This document shows positions 1-8,154 of a DNA stretch of 37,261 bases, in pieces; position 1 is the stretch's first letter; each line of letters opens with the position of its first letter. The notes beneath the pieces are model-generated. The model searched no databases. It saw only the letters and a list, made by a program, of their open reading frames with translations, and was not told where the DNA came from. Origin of the DNA: a virus (lineage: Duplodnaviria > Heunggongvirae > Uroviricota > Caudoviricetes); the IMG/VR virus record IMGVR_UViG_2711768064_000001, positions 1-37,261 of that record. One strand, given 5' to 3'. The position numbers and the translations under genes are program-made.

Positions 1-1185
1 TTAACCAGTTTTGATTTCCCCGTGTGGAACGACAATCCAATTAATGTGGTTTTGAGTGTAAATCTTAGTCGACTGAGCGTCGCTATGTGCCATTCGTCCT
101 TGGGGATCGATACCCTGCTGATCGAAAAGATGCGCTGCCAGAGCTCTGATTTCATGAAAGGTTGGTCTTTCATCCATCGGTAGATTGTCGCATAAACCTA
201 GCTTGTCTCGCGTTGCTGAAAACGATCGACTCAAATAGTCTGGTGCAACTTGTGTCGGATGTGAAACCTCTTTGCTTCGTTTAACTTGGCGTTCTGGGAT
301 TCTGTGAACGACAAACGGACTAGCCACATTATCTCGGCTATCGTCAATTATCCGTTTCAACTCTTCACCAATTGGTATTGCAACGTGTGACGCCTCTTTT
401 TTTTGCACTTTTTGCCTGTGGATGTAAAGCGTCCCATATATGCCATTTTGTGGTTGTTCGAACCAGACACATCCACATATACCGTCTTTAGGTTCGCGAA
501 TTGAGTAACGGATTCGCGATACTTCGAGTCGTGCATGTGTAGTTTGCAATGCTAGGTCCATTGCTGTTCTTAACCATGGTGCAGCGGCCTGCCTGATAGC
601 TATAAAATGCTCGAGTGACAGGCGCCGTCTTTTCTTCTCATCAGTCCTACGCATTTTTTTTCTGATGGCCGGGTTATCCAGCATTAGTGATTCATCGACC
701 GCATAAGAGAACAACTTTTTAAGAAAGCTGACCTTTCTGTTCTGCACATTTGCGGATGCGCTGGCATGATATTTGTTGATGTAGGTATTAACGTGTTCAA
801 GTTCGATATCGCATGCCGGAACATTTACGAAAAACGCTTTTACGCGTAGAGCGTCATTTTTCCAGTCATCTAAGGTGCTCTGGGAAGGACGTTCGTCTTC
901 GATAATCCGGGTCATTATGTGATCAACATGTTCAGCAAATGGTTTTGCTTCTCCGATAACACCGCCAGATTCTCTAATAAGATTTTCTACTGATGGAGAT
1001 AATTCTGCTCTCATCCTCAGGTTGTACTCTCTGGCGATTGCAATGGCTATTGCCCTATCCTTACCTATATTTTTCTTCTTTCCAGTAATAAGTGTGAATT
1101 TATAAACACCTCGATCTTTATCAAAAATCAGATAATCAGGAAGATGTCTGTATTCTTTTTTACGTGGCCTTGCCGCCATGGTCAC
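1..1185 (-). CDS. int: Tyrosine-type phage integrase
   Basis: 394-aa ORF, first gene at the prophage end, immediately followed by an excisionase-like ORF; C-terminal region with R/H/Y-containing catalytic-type segment (HEIRALAAHL...MAHSD...TKIYT). Confidence 0.88.
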   Translation of the reverse strand: MTMAARPRKKEYRHLPDYLIFDKDRGVYKFTLITGKKKNIGKDRAIAIAIAREYNLRMRAELSPSVENLIRESGGVIGEAKPFAEHVDHIMTRIIEDERPSQSTLDDWKNDALRVKAFFVNVPACDIELEHVNTYINKYHASASANVQNRKVSFLKKLFSYAVDESLMLDNPAIRKKMRRTDEKKRRRLSLEHFIAIRQAAAPWLRTAMDLALQTTHARLEVSRIRYSIREPKDGICGCVWFEQPQNGIYGTLYIHRQKVQKKEASHVAIPIGEELKRIIDDSRDNVASPFVVHRIPERQVKRSKEVSHPTQVAPDYLSRSFSATRDKLGLCDNLPMDERPTFHEIRALAAHLFDQQGIDPQGRMAHSDAQSTKIYTQNHINWIVVPHGEIKTG

Positions 1186-1391
1186 CCCTCGTTTATTAAC
1201 TTGCGAACAGCTTGACTAACCATTGAGTCGACTCCCCATTTTTCTGTTTCGCAGACAAAAACAGAACCGTCCACGATGCGTCCCATGAGTAGACCGTTCT
1301 CGACCCAACGTTTTATCGTTCGGTTGTCAGGAATTGAGCCATTAGAGAATTCACGGCGTCCCCATTGGCTCGCTTTCATTAGTTTTGCCAT
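1182..1391 (-). CDS. xis: Excisionase-like small DNA-binding protein
   Basis: Small ORF overlapping int start; internal ATG at 1389-1391 preceded by GGAG with 8-nt spacer preferred over the track start at 1436. Confidence 0.65.
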   Translation of the reverse strand: MAKLMKASQWGRREFSNGSIPDNRTIKRWVENGLLMGRIVDGSVFVCETEKWGVDSMVSQAVRKLINEG

Positions 1392-1452
1392 GGCTGTTTC
1401 TCCACTTAGCCCGCTGCACTCGGGCAGTAATATCAAATTCCAGTCCTGATAA

Positions 1453-1668
1453 TTAATTTTGTTCTCTGGTTGCTACCTGTTTTATTGGCCTGATGCTGTC
1501 CAGGATCAGACGGCGACGCATGTTTGGCGCCCCCCAACGGTAACCAGTCTTTTTGTCGTAGGATTCACAACGTCCGGCAACCCAGGACGTTTCAGTGGAA
1601 TGTAATTTCATCCGCTTTTCACCGTCTCGGGTGATAACAATTCCTGTATGAGTTTTTATCACGCTCAT
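1453..1668 (-). CDS. Hypothetical small early protein
   Basis: 71-aa ORF in the minus-strand early-left operon, stop overlapping next gene start. Confidence 0.45.
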   Translation of the reverse strand: MSVIKTHTGIVITRDGEKRMKLHSTETSWVAGRCESYDKKTGYRWGAPNMRRRLILDSIRPIKQVATREQN

Positions 1669-2027
1669 TTCTTAGTCTCCGGTGCTTTCGGCATTACTGC
1701 CCAGTGAGTGATATTGACGTTTTCAAGGTCCCCGACCTGAAATGTCCACTGCCATTCTCCGGTTTCTTTTTGCCCCCATGTGTACCAGAGAGAACGCCAG
1801 CCAATCAGCCAGCCTTCTCCACTAGCATCAAATAACAGAACACTTTCATTTGCTGGTGGCAGTTCAGCTGACACTGGTATTATTTTGTTTTCCAGTGCCG
1901 CACATTTAGCTTCAAGCGCGTTGAATTTACGTACTAGGTACTCAGCATTTGTTTCGTTCACTTTCAGATCTCGCGGTACACATTTCCCGCGAAGAAACCC
2001 TTCCATTTCGAAAACATTCATGCGCAT
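1665..2027 (-). CDS. DUF551-like phage protein
   Basis: Trp-rich C-terminal segment (GWLIGWRSLWYTW...THWAVMPKAP) resembling the DUF551 family common in lambdoid early regions. Confidence 0.55.
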   Translation of the reverse strand: MRMNVFEMEGFLRGKCVPRDLKVNETNAEYLVRKFNALEAKCAALENKIIPVSAELPPANESVLLFDASGEGWLIGWRSLWYTWGQKETGEWQWTFQVGDLENVNITHWAVMPKAPETKK

Positions 2028-2554
2028 TTGCGTAACTCCGATAACTCGTTAAAACGTTCCATAAACATCCCGTAGGCCTGGCCCGGTGCCAGTGGAATCA
2101 CGTTGAACATCTCTGTTGCCGGGATGCCTTCCAGTACAGGCCAGAAAGAGCCATCATCAAGCCCGAGATCGCGGCGTTCGGTTGCCAGCATGATGAGATC
2201 GGCATATTTCACAGGCGTGCTCATAACCGGGGGTAACCCGTATTTTTCACGGATTACGGCGTCTATTTTTTCTTCCATCCGTTTATAGTCAGGAAGAAGG
2301 CGTTTCAGTGGAGCCGGGATGTCCTGGCAATACGCTTCTGTTGCATCATGCATTAACGCTTCAAAAGCAAATTCCTGCGGTACCAGCTGGCTGCAAAGCA
2401 CCGCATGTTGGGCGACGCTGTAGAAGTGTGAAAGATGTCCTGCAAAGCGACAGATATTTGAAAGGGAAACCGCGATATCGTTAATAACGATGTCGTCTTT
2501 ATTTATCCTGTCATAATAAAAATGCTTCCCGGAAAAAGTTTTAATAAATGACAT
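2018..2554 (-). CDS. HD-domain phosphohydrolase (YfbR-like 5'-deoxynucleotidase family)
   Basis: His/Asp-rich metal-binding-type segment (HLSHFYSVAQHAV...MHDATEAY); start moved to internal ATG (MSFIKTF) preceded by GGAG. Confidence 0.7.
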   Translation of the reverse strand: MSFIKTFSGKHFYYDRINKDDIVINDIAVSLSNICRFAGHLSHFYSVAQHAVLCSQLVPQEFAFEALMHDATEAYCQDIPAPLKRLLPDYKRMEEKIDAVIREKYGLPPVMSTPVKYADLIMLATERRDLGLDDGSFWPVLEGIPATEMFNVIPLAPGQAYGMFMERFNELSELRKCA

Positions 2555-3097
2555 TTTGTTCTCCACGTATATGCGCTGCACCGCGCTGAATTCGGGTAAA
2601 AGGAAGCCCTCACCGTCCGGCGATTATTGAGTCAATTACATTTCCATAAATGCCCCCGTAGGGGCGGTTAGTTTCTCCACAAAACAGAGAAGAACACCTG
2701 TGGTGGCAGCCGCCCGGATGGATTGGGTTATGAGCCCGTCGTCCGATGATGCTCTTCTCTGTTTTGTAAAAAGGACGGTACCAGCCGGAAGCAAGGGTAC
2801 AAGCTGGTACCGCCAAGACAACACACAGCATAAAGTTGTGGTGCCGGGTGCCTCCCGGTGCCTGGCGAAGGTTGTACACCAGACGGGTGGGTATCCACAG
2901 AAGGTCGACTGTCAGCCTCAACCTTAACCCGCGTGCGCTGAGCCGCATTCACCACAACGCTAAGGATTCTCTCTGGTTGAAAATACTTAGCTGTTATGTG
3001 CCTGCTTTTAGCCACATCAGGCGAGGTGGACCTGGTTATTCCCCAACAACAAGGATTCGGTATAATCTGGATATCCCAACAACAGGTAGGAAGGAAA

Positions 3098-3181
3098 TAT
3101 GTACGTAGATAGCAATGAAAAATTTCATGTTCCGGTAAATCAGAGACCAGCACCGATCCCTGAGCCGAAACCTGAAATGTA
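3098..3181 (+). CDS. Small proline-rich peptide (27 aa), paralog a
   Basis: ATG at 3098 with AGGAAGGA RBS; C-terminal motif HVPVNQRPAPIPEPKPE shared with two downstream small ORFs. Confidence 0.35.
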
Positions 3182-3192
3182 AGGGAATAGAG

Positions 3193-3672
3193 ATGACTCG
3201 AGACGATCTAGCATTCGATATTCATTATTCTTTCTTTCTTGAGAAAATGAATTACACCCTTTTAAATCGGATAGACAAGAGCATAACTCTTGTTCTCATT
3301 GTCTTGGGCTTTTCTGTTTTTGCGCCATATAGCAATATGTTTATTTTTGGCGCATCTGTAGCTATTTTGTCGGTGCTTCAATTGGTATACCAATTTGGGC
3401 AGGAAGCTGGCTTATCAAAGGAACAGATGCGACAGTATAAAAGGTTGATTGTTGAGTTTTCCTCCCTTTCTGATGACGAACTACGCACTCGGTTTTTAAA
3501 GGTTCAAGACGCTGATAGTAATCCATGGAGATCTTTACAAGATGCTGCGTTCAAACGGACCTGTATTGCGCTGGGACGTGTTGATGAGTCAGAAATATCA
3601 TTCATGCATAGCGTTATCGCATGGTTTGCTGGAGATTTGCCTCGGTCAAAAAGGTGTAATAATGACAAATAG
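3193..3672 (+). CDS. Membrane protein with two predicted TM helices; SieB-like superinfection-exclusion candidate (by position and topology)
   Basis: 159-aa AT-rich ORF convergent with the repressor gene; hydrophobic segments ITLVLIVLGFSVFAPY and IFGASVAILSVLQLVY; own TATAAT box upstream and terminator downstream. Confidence 0.6.
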   Translation: MTRDDLAFDIHYSFFLEKMNYTLLNRIDKSITLVLIVLGFSVFAPYSNMFIFGASVAILSVLQLVYQFGQEAGLSKEQMRQYKRLIVEFSSLSDDELRTRFLKVQDADSNPWRSLQDAAFKRTCIALGRVDESEISFMHSVIAWFAGDLPRSKRCNNDK

Positions 3673-3778
3673 AATTCCCATAATCCCTAACCATGTACCT
3701 CCAAAGCCCAGACCACCATCACCAAAGTCACACAGGCTTTATGAGTATGAATTAATAATGGATTCTATATTGAGATGA
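3662..3778 (+). CDS. Small proline-rich peptide (38 aa), paralog b
   Basis: ATG 3662 overlaps the stop of the membrane-protein gene; motif NHVPPKPRPPSPKS. Confidence 0.3.
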   Translation: MTNRIPIIPNHVPPKPRPPSPKSHRLYEYELIMDSILR

Positions 3779-3782
3779 CCAA

Positions 3783-3872
3783 ATGAATGCATTTATATAT
3801 ACATGGAAAGAGGATCATATACCCTTAAAACCTCGTCCTTCACCGCCAGAACCGAAGCCAAAATCCCGTTAA
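3783..3872 (+). CDS. Small proline-rich peptide (29 aa), paralog c
   Basis: Motif HIPLKPRPSPPEPKPKS near-identical at peptide level to paralog a but with synonymous codon differences. Confidence 0.3.
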   Translation: MNAFIYTWKEDHIPLKPRPSPPEPKPKSR

Positions 3873-3904
3873 GTGTTGGGGATCTCCAGATTGTTAAAGA
3901 GCGA

Positions 3905-3927
3905 AGCGTCCTATAGGGCGCTTTTTT
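3905..3927 (+). terminator. Rho-independent terminator ending the plus-strand mini-operon
   Basis: Stem 3905-3911 / 3916-3921 (one G-U pair), loop TATA, followed by TTTTTT. Confidence 0.6.
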
Positions 3928-4011
3928 GTTGCTAACGAATCATCCTGGACTTCATATGCCCCAGGCGGCTACTTCGTGGGCGTCCTGCCTGTTCGTTGTT
4001 TCGCTTGGGTA

Positions 4012-4039
4012 CATTATGTATCTCAAAGGTACATTGTCA
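4012..4039 (-). promoter_or_regulatory. Candidate leftward early promoter (pL analog) overlapping GTAC operator-like sites
   Basis: Minus-strand TTGACA (plus 4034-4039), 16-nt spacer, CATAAT (plus 4012-4017). Confidence 0.4.
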
Positions 4040-4043
4040 AGTA

Positions 4044-4066
4044 TAAAAAAACCTGCCGAAGCAGGT
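4044..4066 (-). terminator. Rho-independent terminator downstream of repressor gene
   Basis: Minus-strand hairpin AACCTGC-CGAA-GCAGGTT followed by T-run. Confidence 0.6.
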
Positions 4067-4079
4067 TCATAAACATTGA

Positions 4080-4754
4080 TTAGGCTTTGATTTTGTATCT
4101 TCTTGGTTTTCCTGAGAAAATCACTGTACCAATTATAGAGCAATTACCGTTGATCTTAATGTAAGGCTCAGGCCAGTTTGGGTTTAACGCTTTGAGATAA
4201 CGCTGTGTCCCATCTTCTATCAACCTTTTGAAGGTGGTTTCACCTGTATCGTGCATCAATGCAATAACGTCGTCACCGTGGCAGGCAGGTACTTCAGGAT
4301 CGACAAAAATCATGTCTCCCGGGCGGTACTCATCAATCATTGAATCACCTATCACCCGCAAGATATAAGTCATTTCCCCACAGGGTACAGGGCAGGGATA
4401 CGTTTCTGCTGTGCTCAAATCAACCTCAGAATATCCAACTTCTTTCCATGCTCCGGCCTGTACCCATGATATGACAGGGACTAATGTGATTTGTTTATTA
4501 GTGATTGAAACATCAGGTTTTTTTGTGATGTTCGTTGTCTGGTGTTCTTGATCGAGCCATCCGACAGGCAGGTCGAAACATTTTTCGATGTGTCGTGCCA
4601 TGCTGTCACCGATATTTTTAGTAGCACCATCTCCCATAAACCTGCTGGTCTGGGTTGGCTCGCGATCAATCATAGTGGCAAAGGAAGAATTCCCGCCAAC
4701 ACCATCTCTCAGTTTTCTGGCGTTAGACCGCCGGATGTCATGGATTGTTTTCAT
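4080..4754 (-). CDS. CI-type prophage repressor with C-terminal S24 (LexA-like) peptidase domain
   Basis: 224 aa; N-terminal HTH-like region, C-terminal VIGDSM...GD..FVD segment typical of S24 autocleaving repressors; divergent from Cro-like gene. Confidence 0.85.
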   Translation of the reverse strand: MKTIHDIRRSNARKLRDGVGGNSSFATMIDREPTQTSRFMGDGATKNIGDSMARHIEKCFDLPVGWLDQEHQTTNITKKPDVSITNKQITLVPVISWVQAGAWKEVGYSEVDLSTAETYPCPVPCGEMTYILRVIGDSMIDEYRPGDMIFVDPEVPACHGDDVIALMHDTGETTFKRLIEDGTQRYLKALNPNWPEPYIKINGNCSIIGTVIFSGKPRRYKIKA

Positions 4755-4769
4755 AACGAAATTAAAACC

Positions 4770-4842
4770 CTTGTACCGTTAAGGTACAAGTATCTTGAAG
4801 GTTCATTTCAATCATGTAATATGTACACCGGAGGTACATATT
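4770..4842. promoter_or_regulatory. Operator region between repressor and cro-like gene (OR analog)
   Basis: Two palindromes: CTTGTACC-GTTAA-GGTACAAG (4770-4790) and AATATGTAC-N7-GTACATATT (4818-4842). Confidence 0.5.
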
Positions 4843-4844
4843 GT

Positions 4845-5045
4845 ATGAAAGCGTATTGGGACTCTTTAACCAAAGAACAGCAGGGCGAGTTGGCCGGAAA
4901 AGTTGGCTCAACACCTGGCTACTTACGGCTGGTTTTCAATGGCTATAAAAAAGCCAGTTTTGTGCTGGCTAAAAAACTTGAGCAATGCACGTCAGGTGCA
5001 ATTACGAAATCTGACTTAAGACCGGATATCTATCCGAAAGATTAG
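4845..5045 (+). CDS. Cro-like HTH regulator, YdaS family
   Basis: 66 aa; ATG 4845 preceded by GGAGG; C-terminal LRPDIY resembles YdaS-family signature; divergent from repressor. Confidence 0.7.
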   Translation: MKAYWDSLTKEQQGELAGKVGSTPGYLRLVFNGYKKASFVLAKKLEQCTSGAITKSDLRPDIYPKD

Positions 5046-5076
5046 CAGAACACTTTCAATTTTTAACCACAGAACG

Positions 5077-5646
5077 ATGAGGCTAATCGTGGGTAAGCAT
5101 CACTGGAAAATAGAAAAACAGCCTGAGTGGTACGTGAAAGCTGTCAGAAAAACTATCGCGGCGTTGCCGGGTGGTTACGCTGAAGCGGCTGACTGGCTCG
5201 ATGTAACAGAAAACGCTTTATTCAACCGCCTTCGTGCAGATGGCGATCAGATTTTCCCGCTGGGATGGGCAATGGTTTTACAGCGTGCTGGTGGCACTCA
5301 CTTCATTGCTGATGCTGTGGCGCAGTCTGCAAATGGCGTCTTTGTGTCTCTTCCTGACGTCGAGGATGTGGACAACGCCGATATTAACCAGCGTCTGCTG
5401 GAAGTCATTGAACAGATCGGCAGTTATTCAAAACAGATTCGTTCAGCAATCGAAGACGGTGTAGTGGAACCGCATGAGAAGACAGCAATTAACGACGAGC
5501 TGTATCTCTCAATTTCGAAGCTGCAGGAGCATGCAGCACTTGTCTACAAAATTTTTTGCATTTCAGAAAGTAATGACGCCCGCGAGTGTGCAGCTCCGGG
5601 CGTCGTGGCGTCGATTGCTTCTGGTTGTGGAGAAACTAACGCATGA
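5077..5646 (+). CDS. CII/YdaT-like regulatory protein
   Basis: Position immediately after the Cro/YdaS-like gene; alternative GTG start at 5089 has a better RBS. Confidence 0.45.
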   Translation: MRLIVGKHHWKIEKQPEWYVKAVRKTIAALPGGYAEAADWLDVTENALFNRLRADGDQIFPLGWAMVLQRAGGTHFIADAVAQSANGVFVSLPDVEDVDNADINQRLLEVIEQIGSYSKQIRSAIEDGVVEPHEKTAINDELYLSISKLQEHAALVYKIFCISESNDARECAAPGVVASIASGCGETNA

Positions 5647-6001
5647 ACAGTTTAACAACACACTACCGTCGCTCGCAACTGATTGCGCTTCCTGTACCGG
5701 GTGGAAAAGCGAAGGTGGAATATTGCTATGCAGTGAATGTACCAGGTGACAGGGAAATTGTAACCCACAGCTTTGCAGAGTGGGCTGTGGGTGATTTCAA
5801 CCGGCAGAAGGAGACAGTCCTTTGCGACAAGTTAACCGCTGGTTCAAAGATCACTACGGAGTGCCCGTCAGAGTCATTCGTTGGGAGCCGGAAACACAAC
5901 GGGTTATCTACCTCCGCGAAGGTTATGAGCATGAATGCTTCAGTCCGCTCGAACAGTTTCGTCGTAAATTCAGGGAAATAGAGGTCGGTCATGAGCACTA
6001 A
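5643..6001 (+). CDS. Hypothetical protein with apparent frameshift (N-terminal part in frame of 5643, C-terminal part in frame ending 6001)
   Basis: ATGA overlap with upstream gene at 5643; protein-like C-terminal reading frame ([19 protein letters not shown]...) ends with TAA overlapping ATG of the next gene. Confidence 0.35.
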
Positions 6002-6932
6002 ATTAACCGGCTATGTATGGGATGGTTGCGCTGCATCAGGCATGAAGTTATCCAGCGTGGCAATTATGGCCCGCCTGGCTGATTTCAGTAATGACGAAGG
6101 TGTGTGCTGGCCATCAATTGAAACCATTGCCCGTCAGATTGGCGCGGGGATGAGTACCGTCAGAACGGCTATCGCACGGCTGGAAGCAGAAGGCTGGTTA
6201 ACGCGTAAGGCGCGTCGCCAGGGTAACCGTAATGCGTCGAATGTTTATCAGCTTAACGTTGCGAAGCTTCAGGCAGCGGCATTTTCTCAACTGTCAGATT
6301 CTGACCCGTCAAAATCTGACGCATCAAAATCTGCCCCGTCAAAATTTGATGCGTCGAAATCTGGCAAAAAAGCGGGTTTTCACCCGTCAGAATCTGGCGG
6401 GGATCCGTCAGTAAAATCAAAACATGATCCGTCAGATAAAAAAACTTCTCGTCCGGACGCTTCGCAACCGGACACGCAGACGGCTGAACAGGAGTTTTTA
6501 ACTCGCCATCCTGATGCGGTTGTATTCAGCCCTAAAAAGCGCCAGTGGGGAACGCAGGATGATTTGACCTGCGCACAGTGGCTCTGGAAAAAAATCATCG
6601 CCCTGTACGAGCAGGCCGCCGAATGTGACGGCGAGGTGGTTCGTCCCAAAGAACCTAACTGGACAGCCTGGGCAAACGAAATTCGCCTGATGTGTGTGCA
6701 GGATGGTCGTACTCACAAACAAATCTGCGAGATGTACAGCCGCGTCAGCCGCGATCCGTTCTGGTGCCGTAACGTGCTCAGCCCGTCGAAGTTGCGGGAA
6801 AAATGGGATGAGCTTTCCCTGCGCTTATCGCCGTCCGTCAGCACGCACACAGAAAAACGTGAAGACCCGTACTTCAAAGCCAGTTACGACAACGTGGACT
6901 ACAGCCAGATCCCGGCAGGATTCAGGGGGTGA
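5991..6932 (+). CDS. Replication initiation protein (O-like N-terminal HTH; C-terminal DnaT-like region)
   Basis: 313 aa; position after cro/cII-like genes; internal iteron array within the coding sequence. Confidence 0.7.
   Translation: MSTKLTGYVWDGCAASGMKLSSVAIMARLADFSNDEGVCWPSIETIARQIGAGMSTVRTAIARLEAEGWLTRKARRQGNRNASNVYQLNVAKLQAAAFSQLSDSDPSKSDASKSAPSKFDASKSGKKAGFHPSESGGDPSVKSKHDPSDKKTSRPDASQPDTQTAEQEFLTRHPDAVVFSPKKRQWGTQDDLTCAQWLWKKIIALYEQAAECDGEVVRPKEPNWTAWANEIRLMCVQDGRTHKQICEMYSRVSRDPFWCRNVLSPSKLREKWDELSLRLSPSVSTHTEKREDPYFKASYDNVDYSQIPAGFRG
6290..6443 (+). repeat. Iteron array (putative replication origin) inside the replication gene
   Basis: Tandem ~15-bp direct repeats CCGTCAAAATCTGAC / GCATCAAAATCTGCC / CCGTCAAAATTTGAT / GCGTCGAAATCTGGC plus degenerate copies. 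Confidence 0.65.
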
Positions 6933-7423
6933 TCATGAGTCTGTTAAATGACGTTCAGAAATTCATTGAAGCCCATCCGGGGTGTACTTCCGGAGACATT
7001 GCGGATGCTTTTGCTGGTTACTCACGGCAGCGCGTTCTGCAGTCAGCAAGCAAGTTACGTCAGAGTGGGCGTGTGGCTCACCGTTGTGAAGGAGATACAC
7101 GCAGACATTTCCCGCGCCTGACTGAGAGAGCGCAGGAACCGGAACCACAACCAGTTCGAGAAACCAGACCTGTGCGCAATTTCTATGTCGGCACTAACGA
7201 TCCCCGGGTGATTTTATGCCTGACCCGCCAGGCTGAAGAACTGGAGTCGAGGGGGTTATACCGTCGTGCTGCAACGGTGTGGATGGTGGCATTCCGTGAA
7301 AGTCACTCCCAGCCAGAACGAAACAACTTTCTGGCGCGTCGTGAGCTGTGCTTACGGAAAAGCAGCAAGCGCGCTGTATCGGGTGATGAATGGTATCTTT
7401 CAGGGAATTACGTGGGGGCTTAA
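6929..7423 (+). CDS. Hypothetical protein (PerC-like C-terminal region possible)
   Basis: 164-aa ORF translationally coupled to neighbours. Confidence 0.5.
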   Translation: MIMSLLNDVQKFIEAHPGCTSGDIADAFAGYSRQRVLQSASKLRQSGRVAHRCEGDTRRHFPRLTERAQEPEPQPVRETRPVRNFYVGTNDPRVILCLTRQAEELESRGLYRRAATVWMVAFRESHSQPERNNFLARRELCLRKSSKRAVSGDEWYLSGNYVGA

Positions 7424-7749
7424 TGACGACGTTAACTCAATGCCAGCAGCAGGTGCTGGATATGCTGATTTCTTACCAGCAAGAACGTGGCTTTCCGCCA
7501 ACCAATCAGGAGGTGGCAACCATGCTGGGATACCGTTCGGTGAATGCAGCGGTGGAGCATCTTCGCGCACTGGAGAAAAAAGGCGTCATCACGATAAAGC
7601 GTGGCGTGGCCCGGGGGATAACTCTTCATACCGCGGTGAAGGACGACGACAGCGAGGTGGTCGGGATTATCCGCGCACTGCTTGCCGGTGAGGAAAACGC
7701 CAGGCTGCGTGCAGCCCACTGGTTACATGAGAGGGGGCTGAAAGTATGA
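7423..7749 (+). CDS. LexA-family DNA-binding domain protein (no peptidase domain)
   Basis: Winged-helix LexA N-terminal-like sequence (QQVLDMLISYQQERGFPPTNQEVATMLGYRSVNAAVEHLRALEKKG). Confidence 0.6.
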   Translation: MTTLTQCQQQVLDMLISYQQERGFPPTNQEVATMLGYRSVNAAVEHLRALEKKGVITIKRGVARGITLHTAVKDDDSEVVGIIRALLAGEENARLRAAHWLHERGLKV

Positions 7750-8135
7750 AGCTGATCCTGCCGTTTCCCCCCAGCGTGAACACGTACTGGCGACACCCCA
7801 ACAAAGGGGCTTTTGCAGGTAAGAGCCTGATAAGCGCGGCGGGGCGTAAATTCCAGGGCGCGGCGTGTGCCGCCATCATTGAGCAGTTACGCCGTCTGCC
7901 GAAACCAACGTCGGCACCAGCTTCAGTGGAGATCGTGTTGTTTCCTCCGGATAACCGGATCCGCGATCTGGACAACTATAACAAGGCGCTGTTTGACGCC
8001 CTGACCCACGCGGGTGTGTGGGAAGACGACAGTCAGGTGAAAAGAATGCTGGTGGAGTGGGGACCGGTTATCCCGGAAGGGAAGGTCGAGATCACTATCA
8101 GTAAGTACGAGAAAACGGCGGGTGCAGCCGCCTGA
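7746..8135 (+). CDS. rusA: Holliday junction resolvase RusA
   Basis: 129 aa; conserved RusA-type segment DLDNYNKALFDALTHAGVWEDDSQV. Confidence 0.85.
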   Translation: MKLILPFPPSVNTYWRHPNKGAFAGKSLISAAGRKFQGAACAAIIEQLRRLPKPTSAPASVEIVLFPPDNRIRDLDNYNKALFDALTHAGVWEDDSQVKRMLVEWGPVIPEGKVEITISKYEKTAGAAA

Positions 8136-8154
8136 TCAAGAGGAGAAACGAAGT

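Noticed and set aside
1780-2288. Plus-strand ORFs 1780-2052 and 2103-2288
   Set aside because: Antisense to the DUF551 and HD hydrolase genes with no RBS and low-complexity translations.
2555-3097. Retron msr-msd ncRNA interpretation of the structured tract
   Set aside because: No reverse transcriptase gene is present anywhere nearby in the window; long hairpins alone are insufficient.
2610-3153. Track ORFs 2610-2948(-), 2636-2824(-), 2700-2927(+), 2728-3153(-), 2836-3108(+) as protein-coding genes
   Set aside because: They overlap one another on both strands within a GC-rich tract full of inverted repeats; translations are low-complexity with no recognisable domains; better explained as structured non-coding sequence.
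4542-4844. Long 167-aa version of the cro-like ORF (4542-5045)
   Set aside because: Its 5' portion is antisense to the repressor gene and crosses the operator region; the RBS-supported start is at 4845.
6290-6443. CRISPR array
   Set aside because: The direct repeats are contiguous 15-bp iterons without unique spacers and lie inside a replication gene; no cas genes in the window.
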